From assembly GCF_004010195.1 (NCBI RefSeq), contig NC_057749.1, positions 11,575,540 to 11,639,539 of the forward strand: a stretch of 64,000 nt of DNA. Reading direction: 5' to 3'. The DNA comes from Chiloscyllium plagiosum (taxonomy: Eukaryota). A program made the position numbers and the translations under genes. This document shows positions 39,146 through 51,905 of this stretch, one piece after another. Position 1 is the stretch's first letter. Each line of letters begins with the position of its first letter. The notes beneath the pieces are model-generated. The model made no database searches, was not told the origin of the DNA, and worked only from the letters and a program-made list of their open reading frames with translations.

Positions 39146-39891
39146 GTATGCTCGCTCACTCTCTCTCTCACTCTTTGTCTCTCTCTGCGTTATCTGGAGT
39201 TTTCTTGGCACAGGAGTGGCTCTCCAGTTCTTTACCTGCTCTTTCAGTTTGTTTAGGATGTGTTTAATTTGTATTGTTGAATTTTCTTTGACTAGTGTCA
39301 GCTCCCTTCATTTCACTCGAGGTCAGGTTCATTCTGTAAATAAATGTCATGCACTTATAATTATCTAACACAGAGACTGAATTAAAACCAGCTTCTTGAT
39401 TTTGGAAGAATATGCAGAAAATAATTTTGACAGTCGATGAAGGCTAATACCCGCCTGTTCTTTGTGTTAAACTAGATAATGTTTGAAGATTGCAATTTTG
39501 CTGGTGTTACTTTCACTGATGGGTGCAAGAAACCTGTTCATCTTTTATACAATTTGTGAATATGAATTAATGCAAGATTTGTAGGGTCTTCATTGCAACA
39601 GGTGCTGTCCATTTAGCACTGGTTGACCTCCAGGAGTAAGGTATAAGCATTCGTTGGAAGGTATGGGATAGGATGTGCAAATTGGAATGTACTTGATCCA
39701 ATGTTGGACTGGAATGAGCTGTGAAGGGCATGCATGTAGTGACTTTTGGAGCACTTTGAGAGTGCTGCAGTAACTTGAAGACAGCTGCAGAGGAGCAAAG
39801 TGTTGGAAGCAAGGGATACAGGATTTTCTAAACATAGCATGGCCAAAGTGATACATTGAACAAGCAGATTGGCTCACTAAGCCTTTATATT

Positions 39892-40507
39892 AGAGTCATA
39901 GAGATGTACAGCGTGGAAACTGACCCTTCAGTCCAACCCATCCATGCCGACCAGAGATTCCAACCCAATCTAGTCCCACCTGCCGGCAACCAGCCCATAT
40001 CCCTCCAAACCTTTCCTATTCATATACCCATCCAAATGCCTCTTAAATGTTGCAATTGTACCAGCATCCACCACTTCCTCTGGCAGCTCATTCCATACAC
40101 GTACCACCCTCTGCGTGAAAAAGTTGCCCCTTAGGTTTCTTTTATATCTTTCCCCTCTCATCCTAAACCTATGCCCTCTAGTTCTGGACTCCCTGACCCC
40201 AGGGAAAAGACTTTGTCTGTTTATCCTGTCCATGCCCATCATAATTCTGTAAACCTCTATAAGGTCACCCCACAACCTCCGACGCTCCAGGGAAAACAGC
40301 CCCAGCCTGTTTAGCCTCTCCCTATAGCTCAAATCGTCCAACCCTGGCAACATCCCTGTAAATCTTTTCTGAACCCTTTCAAGTTTCGCAACATCTTTCC
40401 GATAGGAAGGAGACCAGAATTGCATGCAATATTCCAGCAGTGGCCTAACCAATGTCCTGTACAGCCACAACATGACCTCCCAACTCCTGTACTCAGTACT
40501 CTGACCT
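39892..40507 (-). mobile_element. CR1 3' fragment
   Basis: ORF 39970..40473 (LYRTLVRPLLEYCMQFWSP...FFTQRVVRVWNELP) plus tail. Confidence 0.9.
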
Positions 40508-41154
40508 TATGCACTGTTCTTTTCCAGCTGGTTACTGAAATATCATAAATTATGTCAATTTGCCAAATTGTGTCAAATAATTGTCATCCATCAAATTGGA
40601 AGCTTCTGGATAAATGTTGAACTTTGATTTAAGCATTATTAACATAATCTAATGCATTGGTCTGAATTAGTTTAACTATCCCACTCTGGCTTTGTTTGAA
40701 TTGTCACTTGTCATTTAATACACCCTGTCCTAAGAGCTGCTTAATCATGTCTCTGTGTAACATTTGCAGGTCAATTAATTGTGTGGCCTTCCCTAACTTT
40801 GCTAGCTGTCTTGCAGATATGATCAGAAAGCACAAAAATTGTCACTTAAGTTGAGTTGTCCCTTGTGCCTTCCCTGATCTCTGTATTAACTTTATCCAAG
40901 TTATTAATTAATTGTGTTTAAAACTCTCAGACAGTCTCTACTTGAATTTTTGACTAGTGTTTGGACATGCTGATGCTCAAGACCCTTCAACTCCTTTACT
41001 CGTTCATAACCAACTCTTAGTATCAGTTGTAAAACTTCTTGCTTAAGCTTTATTCTTAGAATTGATGTGCAGCATGCAGTGTTCATATATAAAATATTAA
41101 CATTGCACATTAATATTGAATCAAAAATGAATATGTTGCAATTCCTTTCCTTCT

Positions 41155-43030
41155 ATGATTTGGAGATGCTGGTGTTGGACTGGGGTGTACAAACTTAAAA
41201 ATCACATAACACCAGGTTATAGTCCCAACAGGTTTAATTGGAAGCACACTAGCTTTTGGAGCGTTGATGCTTCATCAGGTGATAGTGGATGGCTCAATCC
41301 TAACACACAGAATTTATAGCAAAAATTTACAGTGTGATGTAACTGAAATTATACATTGAAAAATTGATTAAGTCTTTCATCTGTTTGAATACCATGAAAG
41401 TTTCACTTCTTTCATCTGTAAATCACAAAACCTTTTTTAAAAGTTGCATTCTCAGGTTAGCTGTTAACAATGGGTGATAGCTAGACAATATGTTGAAGGT
41501 GTTGGCCCCCTGTGTTCTCTGTCTATGCCATGATGTTTAGATTGATTCTAATCTAAAAAGTGAGATAACGGAGTTCTACATGAGTGCATGCAGTTTTTGA
41601 GCAAAGTACAATGTAACCCCGTAAGTACAAATTCACCCCACAAAATGTGTGTGCATGTGGGTCTTTGACTGTCTGTCTGTGTGTATGTGTGTGTGTGTCT
41701 ATCTGGGTTGGTGGTGAGTGCAGAGTGTCTTAAGTCTGTGAGGGGGTGCATGTGGGAGTGTGGGTGTCTGTAAGGGTGTGTGTGGGTGTCTGTGCGCATC
41801 TGTGTATATGTGTGTCCATGTGTATAGGAGTGCCTCTCTGTGTGTAGTGCAATGGTGGTCACCTGTAATGTGACATGAACCCAAGGTGCTGGTTGAGGCC
41901 CTCCCTATGAGTACCGAACTTAGCTATCAGCCTCTGCTCGGCCACTTTTCTCTGCTGCCTGTCCCGAAGTCCGCCTTGGAGGATGGTCACCCGAAGGTCC
42001 GAGGTCGAATGTCCTGGACCACTGAAGTGTTCCCCAACTGGGAGGGAACACTCCTGTCTGTTGATTGTTGTGCAGTGCCCATTCATCCATTCTCGTAGCC
42101 TTTACTCAGTTTCCTCAATGTACCATGCCTCCGTGCATCCTTGCCTGCAACGTATAAGATAGACAACATTGGCTGAATCACATGAGTATCTGCCATGTAC
42201 AAGGTGGGAGGTGTCCCCATGCGTAATGGTGGTATCTGTGTCCACACTCTGACACATCTTGCAGCGCCTACCGTGACAGAGTTGTATGGTGGTGTCCTGA
42301 GAGCCGGGCAGCGGTTGTTTAAAGGAAAGTTATGGAAGTGTGCGGAAGGTCTTGGCGAGGTGCTCATCCTCATTGATGATGTGTTGCAGGTCACGAAGAA
42401 CATGGCGTAGTTTTTCAGCACCTAGGAAATACTGAACAACGAAGGGTACCCTGTCGGTTGCAGCACGTGTCTGTCTCCTGAGGAGGTCATTACGGTTCCT
42501 TGCTGTGGCATGTCGGAACTGGCGGTCGATGAGTTGGGCATCGTACCCGTTCTTGTGAGGGCAGCCCTGAGTACTTCCAGGTGTCCGTCATGTTCCTCCT
42601 CATCTGAGCAGATCTAGTGTATGCATAGGGCTTGTCCATAGGGGATGGCTGTTTTAATATATTTTGGGTGGAAGCTGGAGAAGTGTAGCATTGTGAGGTT
42701 GTCTGTGGGTTTGTGGTAGTGTGTGGTGCTGAGGTGTCCATCCTTGATGGAGATGCATGTGTCCAAGAATGAGACAGATAGTCAAGAGTAGTCCATGGTC
42801 AGTTTGACGGTGGGATGAAACTTGTTGATGTCACTGTGTAGTTTAATCAGTGACTCCTTGCCATGGGTCCAGAGGAAGAAAATGTTGTCAGTGTAGCTGG
42901 TGTATAATGTTGGTTGGCGATCCTGCATAGAAAAGAAGTCTTGTTCGAACCTGTGCATAAAAATGTAGGCATATTGGGTGCAAATTTGGTCCCCACGGCT
43001 GTTCCATGTGTCTGGATGAAGAACTGGTTG
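41155..43030 (-). mobile_element. Penelope-like retroelement (family B), 5'-truncated, RT + GIY-YIG
   Basis: QTHGTAVGTKFAP (PLE RT); SLPVGEHFSGPGH...AEQRLIAKFGTHREGLN (GIY-YIG C-terminus); exact 11-bp TSD CCTTTCCTTCT at 41144 and 43031; pLTR with mutated hammerhead core ~41249-41278. Confidence 0.92.
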
Positions 43031-43396
43031 CCTTTCCTTCTGTTTTTGTAAAACTGCAAGGATATTATGTTTATCCTGATTAAAAGAACTTCAGACAAGC
43101 TGCAGGAGTGCTTGAATGTAACTGACTTGGGAAAACTGCCTCATCTGAAAGTTTGATACTGCAGCTGCTTTAATTAGAATTTGCTTCTGGCTGTTGGAAT
43201 TGGAAAGCTCCCTAGAACTTAGAGCGGGTTCTAAATGGAAGATTGCATCATATATACCCTGCACTAAACTTGCCCTGGCCATACATGTGGGTGACAAATG
43301 TAGAAACTGGCCCATTGACCTGTGCTAAAATCCCTTCCCTTCATGAGTGAAACATTGGTTTGATACTAAACTAATTGGTCTGTTTCTTTCTTCCAG

Positions 43397-43491
43397 GTGA
43401 TCCTAAGAGCTGGCAGAACAAATCCCTACCTGGAGACCCTAATTACCATGTGGGGACAAATTGTGTCTCAGTTTTAATTGATCACTTTTAA
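43397..43491 (+). CDS. TJP1: TJP1 terminal coding exon
   Basis: ttcttccag|GTGATCCT...CACTTTTAA; DPKSWQNKSLPGDPNYHVGTNCVSVLIDHF*, the canonical ZO-1 C-terminus. Confidence 0.97.
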
Positions 43492-44500
43492 AGGTGAAAG
43501 TGGGTTATTGACAATTATGTCAGGATATCTAGGCAGTGGATGGAACACAGATTTAAGCAATAACCTGCTATCTCACAATCAAAAAGCAGGTTGTTGGACA
43601 AACTAAAATGTAAATGCTTACATTCTAAATTCTGTGAAAAGAATTGCAGATGAGTTTGAAGTGATACAAGTCTGAATTGTAACATTTTCCCAGTTTTGAG
43701 TTAACCAGCAGGGATGCCTTACATTTAGTTTTGTAGCTGTGATTTAAAATACTAAATAGATTTTTCTACATTCTATAACTTTAGAATCTTTACATGTTTA
43801 TAAGGTAACCATATCCTAGTTTGAATATACATGCTACTTTTCTATGTCTTTTAGTTTGGCTTTGAGTGTGTATAGTTGGTTGGCAGGAACTTCTGAACAA
43901 ATTAAGTTTGGATGTCCTGCTATGCTGTGGGATTGGTAGAAAAGTTGCGAAGATTTGTGGCTGTACATAAACCCTGATTTCACCTTGGAACTCGGTTTGT
44001 AAATTAACATTTTTTTATGTCTTATTTTGTATAAAACAAACTGAAAAGAACTTTCTAAAGAGAATCTTTATATTCTGTCGCTATGAGGCCTTTTGAGCAG
44101 TTGTATAATTGCAGCAATAAAATCAACATTTACAATTTAAAAAAACATTTAAATTTCTACAGCTTTGTAATAATGTTGCTGTCTTCTTTGAGAATGACGT
44201 TTTTCTGTGTAAAGGCACTGCGTCCTTTGTTTTAAGGCACTGTTTGGGAATGTTGGAGTGCAATGAGGGATCTTTGAATAAAGTGACAGGTTACTGTACT
44301 GTGTGCTGAAAATGTATTTTTGTACTAATGGACAATTTATTCTGGCACAGCAGTACGTGGCTCATTGGGGATTCTAACATGGCTTCTGTTAATCACTTCA
44401 CTTTCAAATGGGGCTGACTTTATTTCCTGTGATTACTCAAATTACACGTTTCTAAATATATCATTATTATTGAATAAAACTCTTTTTAAAATATCAATTG
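43492..44500 (+). terminator. TJP1 3'UTR with polyadenylation signals
   Basis: AT-rich ~1 kb with no recognisable repeat; AATAAA at 44116, 44277 and 44473; the last is followed by GT/T-rich ttgtagttatttgtttgtct; a CR1 starts ~44575. Confidence 0.7.
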
Positions 44501-44574
44501 TAGTTATTTGTTTGTCTGATAACCTATTCCTGTTTAACTTTGTTCTTCCCCCTGCCAGTCCTCGCTTGAGGTAT

Positions 44575-45292
44575 AGTTAGTAAGTTTGCAGATGACACCA
44601 AAATTGAAGGTGTAGTGGACAGCGAAGAAGGTTATCTCCGATTACAACAGGATCTTGATCAGATGGGCCAATGGGCTGAGAAGTTGCCGATGGAGATTAA
44701 TTCAGATAAATGTGAGGTGCTGCATTTTGGGAAAATAAATCTTAGCAGGACTTATACACTTAATGGTAAGGTCCTAGGGAATGTTGCTGAACAAAGAGAT
44801 CTTGGAGTGCAGGTTCATAGCTCCTTGAAAGTAGAGTTGCAGGTAGATAGGATAGTGAAGAAGACGTCTGGTATGCTTTCCTTTATTGGTCAAGAGTGTT
44901 GAGTACAGGAGTTGGGAGGTCATGTTGCAGCTGTACAGAACATTGGTTAGGTCACTGTTGAGGATAGACAGTCTTTTCCCTGGGGTGGGGGAGACAAAAC
45001 TAGAGGGCATAGGTTTAGGGTGAGGGGGGAAAGATATAAAAGAGACCTAAGGGGCAACTTTTTCACGCAGAGGGTGGTACGTGTATGGAATGAGCTGCCA
45101 GAAGAAGTGGTGGAGGCTGGTACAATTGTAACATTTAAAAGGCATTTGGATGGGTATATGAATAGGAAGAGTTTGGAGGAATGTGGGCCAGGTGCTGGCA
45201 GGTGGGGCTAGATTGGGTTGGGATATCTGGTCGGCATGGACAAGTTGGACCGAAGGGTCAGTTTCCATGCTGTACATCTCCATGACTCTATG
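44575..45292 (+). mobile_element. CR1 3' fragment
   Basis: SKFADDTK...FFTQRVVRVWNELP and tail catgactctatga. Confidence 0.9.
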
Positions 45293-45587
45293 AAGGCACA
45301 GACTGTTATTGGGGTGTATTTCACCTGCCCCCTCAAACATCCCTCAATGCCTATTATTGATGTAAGAGGAAAGACCAATCAGGAGTTTCCATCAGAACTT
45401 TTGACTATCTAATCAGTCAGAGCTACGTTCAGGTTAATGCTCACCCCGCATCTATGTAGCAGCGAAAGGATTTTGATTACCAGTGCGGATACAAATTACT
45501 GCAGGGATACCAAGGACAGTCAGATTCAAATCAATAAATGGACTTTATATAGAGCAAAGATCTGATTGTCTTTCTACGGTGTTGGAT

Positions 45588-46745
45588 GGCTGATGGTAAA
45601 CTAATGAAGAAAGTGAAGTCCCATAGTGTGCGGGGTGTTCTATCTAGGTGGATAAAGAACTGGTTGAGCAACAGGAGACAGAGTAGGAGTTGAAAGGAGT
45701 TTCTTGAAATGGAGGAAGGTGACCAGTGGTGTTCCACAGGGATCAGTGCTGGGGCCACTGTTGGTTGTGATATACATTTGTGATAAATGATCTGGAAGAG
45801 GATACTGTTGGTATGATCAGCAAGTTTGCAGGTGAGGCAAAGATTGGTGGAGTAGCAGAAAGCATAGGGGACTGTCAAAGAATACAGGAGAATATAGATA
45901 GACTGGAGAGTTGGGCGGAGAAGTGGCAGGTGGAGTTCAATCCAGATAAATCTGAGGTGTGATACATTTTAGGATTTCTAATTCTAGCATAAAATTATAC
46001 AGTAAATGGAAGAGCCTTTTGGAAAAGTTGATGAGCAGAGAGATCTGGGAGTTCAGGTCCATTGTACCCTGAAGGTTGCTGTACAGGTGGATAGAGTGGT
46101 CAAGAAGGCATATGGTATGCTTGCCTTCATTAGACAGGGTATTGAGTATAAGAGCTGGCAGGTCATGTTAAAATTGTACAAGACATTGGTTCGGCCGCAT
46201 TTAGCATACTGTGTACAGTTCTGGTCACCACATTACCAAAAGGATGTGGACGCTTTGGAGAGGGTGCAGAGAAGGTATACGAGGATGTTGCCTGGTATGG
46301 AAGATGCTAGCAATGAAGTGAAGTTGAGTAGGTTAGGATTGTTTTCATTAGAAAAAAGGAGATTGAGGGGGGAAACCTGATTGAGGTCATGAAGGGTACA
46401 TACAGGGTAAATAGAGATACTTTTTTTTAACCCCAGGGTGAAGGATTCACTAACGAGTGGTCACGCTTTCAAGGTGAGAGGTGAAAAGTTTAAGGGGGAT
46501 ACATGTGGCAAGTACTTTACACAGAGGGTGGTAGGTGCCTGGAATGTGTTGCCAGCAGAGGTAGTAGAGACAGGCACGGTAGATTCATTTAAGATGCGTC
46601 TGGACAGATGCATGAGTAGGTGGGGAGCAGAGAGCTAAAGATGCTTAGGAATTGGGGAACCGGTTTAGACAGTGGATTTGGATTGGCTCAGGCTTTGAGA
46701 GCTGAAGGGCCTGTTCCTGGGCTGGAAATTTTTTTGTTTCTTTTT
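45588..46745 (+). mobile_element. CR1 RT fragment
   Basis: GVPQGSVLGP; ORFs 45780..45962, 46006..46380 and 46438..46638; tail gggcctgttcctgggctg. Confidence 0.9.
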
Positions 46746-47046
46746 GTTTGTTTATTTGCTCATTTGCACAAGTGAAACTTATGACAATAGACAACTTGAA
46801 TTGTACCATTTAAAAAAAATAAATCAGTTACTGCTTAAAATTTGAAGTTAGGCTGAACCATGCAATTAGAACTTGTATGCATAATGTCAGAAACCAACTC
46901 AGCCTCCATGGTGCTGCCACTTTTAAGTGTTTTCTACAGTCATTCAAGAGCCTTCTGCAAGGTGTCCTTAAGAATTTCGGCACTCCAGGGTTTCCGCAGC
47001 TATCAAGCACCACAGATTGCGTCTGGGTCAGAGCATTGAAAGGCTG

Positions 47047-47272
47047 TACAGTGGAGTAGGTTCTGATGTAACGTGATAGTCCTGTTCTCATGCATTCTCG
47101 CTTTATAAGAAAATTGTGCAATAGCCATACCATTTAAACAAACGGGGCCGGAATCTCGTTATAGCCAATACAGGTGAGAGTGGTTTGTGTTCTACAAATA
47201 ACGGTCTAAATTCTTTAATCGCATTAAAGCCAATTAGATTTGAAAAAAACGTGTTATAGCAGAACTGACTAT
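47047..47272. mobile_element. Short MITE related to 19965-20533
   Basis: Termini ggttctgatgtaacg ... cgtgttatagcagaactgacta resemble the same TIR. Confidence 0.45.
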
Positions 47273-47999
47273 GAATCATTGTGTCAAAAGCTGCAAATCA
47301 ATGCATGAGCAGATATTTGGGCATGGGATATAACAGATGGATTGGATCTTAGCAACGACCTTATGCTGAGAATGCTAAATTGTGCTGTATTCTTGTACCT
47401 TAAGCTTTAACTTTTCCCCAAGCACAAGATTCATTTTAATAGCGTGAGAAATTTGTTATCAGTCATTTTTCTGTAGTTTGATGTTGTCAGAACTTTCACT
47501 CAGAATATAGTGACAGAAGACGAAACATTTTGTTGGACACTACTAATGCACAATGAAATGAAATATTTTCAAACTCCGGTTTATTTATCCTCAGACCATC
47601 ATTCCGATCATGTCTGAATGTGTGATTCTTCTTCACTCCTGACGACCTGTTGTGGAGGCTGTCTGGCCCCACCACAGGTGCGGGTCTCTGGTCAAGATCA
47701 AATGTGGATGCAGAGTTCAGGGATTGGGAGGGGAGAGGCCATTCTTCAAAGCTGGGTACTTAATTGGGATTAACTGTCTAATTTTCTGCCTCAAATGCAA
47801 CTGATGGAGAAAATAGATCAAGGAAATGTTCTATTATTTTGTGCCTTTAGCACTATATTCATCAACATAGGGAAACTATAATTTCTCAGTTCATATGAGT
47901 GAGTCAAATGGCTGATCTTTACTGAATAAAATCAGAATTTGCTGAAGAAGCTCAGGTCTGGCAGCATTTGTGGAGAGAAAGCAGTTAATATTTTGAATT

Positions 48000-50520
48000 A
48001 AACTGCATTTAATTCAATACAAGCAACAATACATGCAAGTAAGGCTGATGACATCAGGGCATGAATTGGAACATGAGACTGAGGTCTCATGGCTATTACA
48101 GAACCTTGGCTGAGGGAAGGCCAGGACTATTCGAAGTTTCAGATGATATAGGAATGTGAGAAAGAGAGATGAGGAAGTGGTCCTTTTTGATTAAGGAAGA
48201 CATTATGACTATAAGTAGAATATTTCTGAGGGCTCATCCTGTGAAAATGTATGGTTTGAAATTAGAAATAAGAAAGGGATGATCACCTTGTTGGGATTGT
48301 ACTATAGTACTCCAATAGTCAGAGGGAAATTGAAAAGCAGATGTATAGAGAGATCTCAGATACATGCAAGAATAATGAGGTTGTAAAGTAGGAGATTTTA
48401 ACTTTCCAAATATTGACTGAGACTGCCATAGTGTTAAAGGCTTGGATGGTGAAGAATTTGTTAAATATGATTTTCTATTAAAATTTTCTTCAATATGGAA
48501 ATGTTCCCACTAGAGAAGGAGCACACCAGGATGTACTCTTGGGAAATAAGGCAGGGCAAGTGACTGAAGTGTTGCGTGGGGAGCACTTGAGGACTAATGA
48601 TCATTATACTATTAGTTTTAAAATAAATATGGAAAAGGATAAGCCTTCCTAAATGTTCAAGTTCATATTGGAATAAGGCAAATTTTAATGGTATGAGGCA
48701 AGCTTTCAAAAGTGTAATAAAGAGTTTGGGGCACTCTGTTACAGTGAAAGGTAAGGCTGATAAGATTAGGGAACAATGGAGGAATAAAGATGTGAAGGTT
48801 CTAGTGAAGAAAACATAAAAGAATCATAGATAACAACTGGGATCAAATGTATCTCTTGAACTTAGAGTGCAGGGGCATTCTGAAGAGGGAAATCAGGAAG
48901 ACAAAGTGAGGATATGAGGTAGCCTTCACTGCTCAGATTAAGTATAATCCAAAGAGATTCTGCAGGTACATTAAGAGCAAAAAAGCAACTAGAGAGAGAG
49001 AGAGCGGGGCCCCTTAAAGATCAATGAGATCACCATGTTGAACCTCAGGACATGGGTGAGATATTAGATGAATATTTTGCATCAGTTTTTACTGCAGAGG
49101 AAGAAATGGAGGCGAGAGAACTTGGGGGAAATAAATATTGGTATTTTGAAAACAGCTCATGTTACAGAAGAGGTCTTAGAAAACAAAGGTAGATCAATTT
49201 CCAGAACCTGATGTGTATCCCAGGACTTTGTGGCAAGTTAGGGAGGAAATTGCAGGGCCCCTCGCAAAAATATTTTTATCATCTGAAACCATGGATGAGA
49301 TGTTGTGGGGTGGCTAATGTGCCTTTATTTAAGAAGACCACCTGTGAGTCTGACAGGTAAGATGTGTATACATTTTGAGAGGCAAGGAATGATTAGGGAT
49401 AGTCATCATGGTTTTGTGAAAGGGAAATCATGTCTGTCAAACTTGATTTGGTTTTTTGAGCAAGTAACCAAGAAGATTGAGGGCATAGTGGTAGACATTG
49501 TTTACTTGGACTTTCGTAAAGCCTTTGACGAGGTTCCGCATGGGAGACTAATCAGTGAAGTTAAATCACGTTGGATTTGGGGTGAGCTTGACAATTGATT
49601 GCTCAGACCATTGAGTATAGGAGTTGGGAAATAATGTTGAGGTTGTACAGGATGTTGGTAAGGCTTCTTCTGGAGTACTGTATGCCGTTCTGGTCTGGAA
49701 GGATATTATAAAATTGGAGATGGTTCAGAAATGATTTCCCACGATGTTGCCAGGAATGGAGGGTTTGAGTTTGGAAAAATAGGCTGTGACGTTTTTCACT
49801 GGACTGTAGGAGGTTAAGGGGTGACTTTATAGAGGCTTATAAAAATGATGAGGGGTACAGATATGATGAATAGCAATGGTCTTTTCCCTAGGGTGGGTGA
49901 TTCAATTCCAAACTAGTGGCATATTTTGAATGAGAGGAGAAAGATTTAAGAAAGACGAGTGGCAATTTTTTTTGTTTTTTACACTGGTTCGCATATGGAA
50001 TGAACTGCCAGAGGAAGTCGTGAATGCAAGTACAATTTAAAAGACATTTGAATAAGTACATGAACAGGAAAGTTTAGAAGGGATATATGCCAAAAAGGCA
50101 GATGGGACTAGTTTAGTTTGGGAACATGGTTGGACAAGGCATTGGTGAGACTGCAGCTGGAGTATTGTACACAGTTTTGGTTCCTTTATGTGAGGAAAGA
50201 TGAAATGGCATTGGAGGCAGTTCAGAGGAGGATCACCAGATTGATCTCAGAGAATGAGGGGTTTATTGTATGAAAAGAGATTGACCAGTTTAGGCCTCTA
50301 CTCTCTGGAATTTAGGAGAATGAGGGGAGATCATTGAGATATTCAAGATGATAAAGGTATGGACTGGATGCTTTCTCTTGTCAGACATTCTAGAATAAGA
50401 GGCCATACTGAAGGGAGAAGAGTTAGCAAATTTAAAACAGTTGAGAAACTACTTCTCCCAAAGGGTTGTGAATCTTTGGAATTCGCCACCCCAAAGTGTG
50501 ATGGATGCTGGGGCAGGGTA
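48000..50520 (+). mobile_element. Decayed CR1 LINE(s)
   Basis: APE (GDFNFPNID) and RT (SHHGFVKGKSCLSNL, DFRKAFDEVPH) remnants. Confidence 0.8.
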
Positions 50521-50526
50521 TATTTG

Positions 50527-50973
50527 AGTCATAGAGATGTGCAGCATAGAAACAGACCCTTCAGTCTAACCTGTCCATGCTGACCAGATATCCCAACCCA
50601 ATCTAGTCCCCCCTGCCAGCACCTGGCCCATATCCCTCCAAACCCTTCCTATTCATATACTCATCCAAATACCTCTTAAATGTTGCAATTGTACCAGCCT
50701 CCACCATTTCCTCTGGCAGCTCATTCCATACACGTACCACCCTCTGCATGAAAAGGTTGTCCCTTTTATATCTTTCCACTCTCACCCTAAACCTATGTCT
50801 AGTTCTGGACTCCCTGACCCTAGGGCAAAGAGTTTGTCTATTTATCCTATCCATGCCCCTCATAATTTTCTAAACCTCTATCAGGTCACCCCTCAGCCTC
50901 CGACGCACCAGGGAAAACAGCCTCAGCCTGTTCAGCATCTCCCTATATCTCAAATCCACCAACCCTGGCAACA
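50527..50973 (-). mobile_element. CR1 3' fragment abutting the promoter minisatellite
   Basis: ORF 50603..50863; near-identical in layout to 39892-40350. Confidence 0.9.
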
Positions 50974-50974
50974 G

Positions 50975-51140
50975 CCGACCCGCCCTATTACACTCGGCCC
51001 CGCCCTCTCCGACCCGCCCTATTACACTCGGCCCCGCCCTCTCCGACCCGCCCTATTACACTCGGCCCCGCCCTCCGACCCGCCCTATACACTCGGCCCC
51101 GCCCTCTCCGACCCGCCCTATCACCCGCGGCCCCGCCCCC
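50975..51140. repeat. 34-bp GC-box minisatellite, 5 units
   Basis: Unit CCGACCCGCCCTATTACACTCGGCCCCGCCCTCT starting at 50975, 51009, 51043 (32 bp), 51075 (33 bp) and 51108 (diverged). Confidence 0.95.
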
Positions 51141-51205
51141 TTGTAGCGGCAGTTTCTTTTCGCTTTTCCCCGTTTGTCCTGGCAAACGATACGAGCTGCT
51201 CATGA

Positions 51206-51905
<700 letters not shown>

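Noticed and set aside
43562..43592. AACCTGCT...AGCAGGTT hairpin with A-rich loop as a SECIS element
   Set aside because: No ATGA/GA quartet and no in-frame TGA in the exons seen
44212..44242. Twice-repeated AAGGCACTG as miR-124 sites
   Set aside because: It equals the miRNA seed sense; a target would read GTGCCTT on the mRNA strand
50975..51140. 34-bp repeats as a CRISPR array
   Set aside because: Units are head-to-tail with no unique spacers, there are no cas genes, and the context is vertebrate
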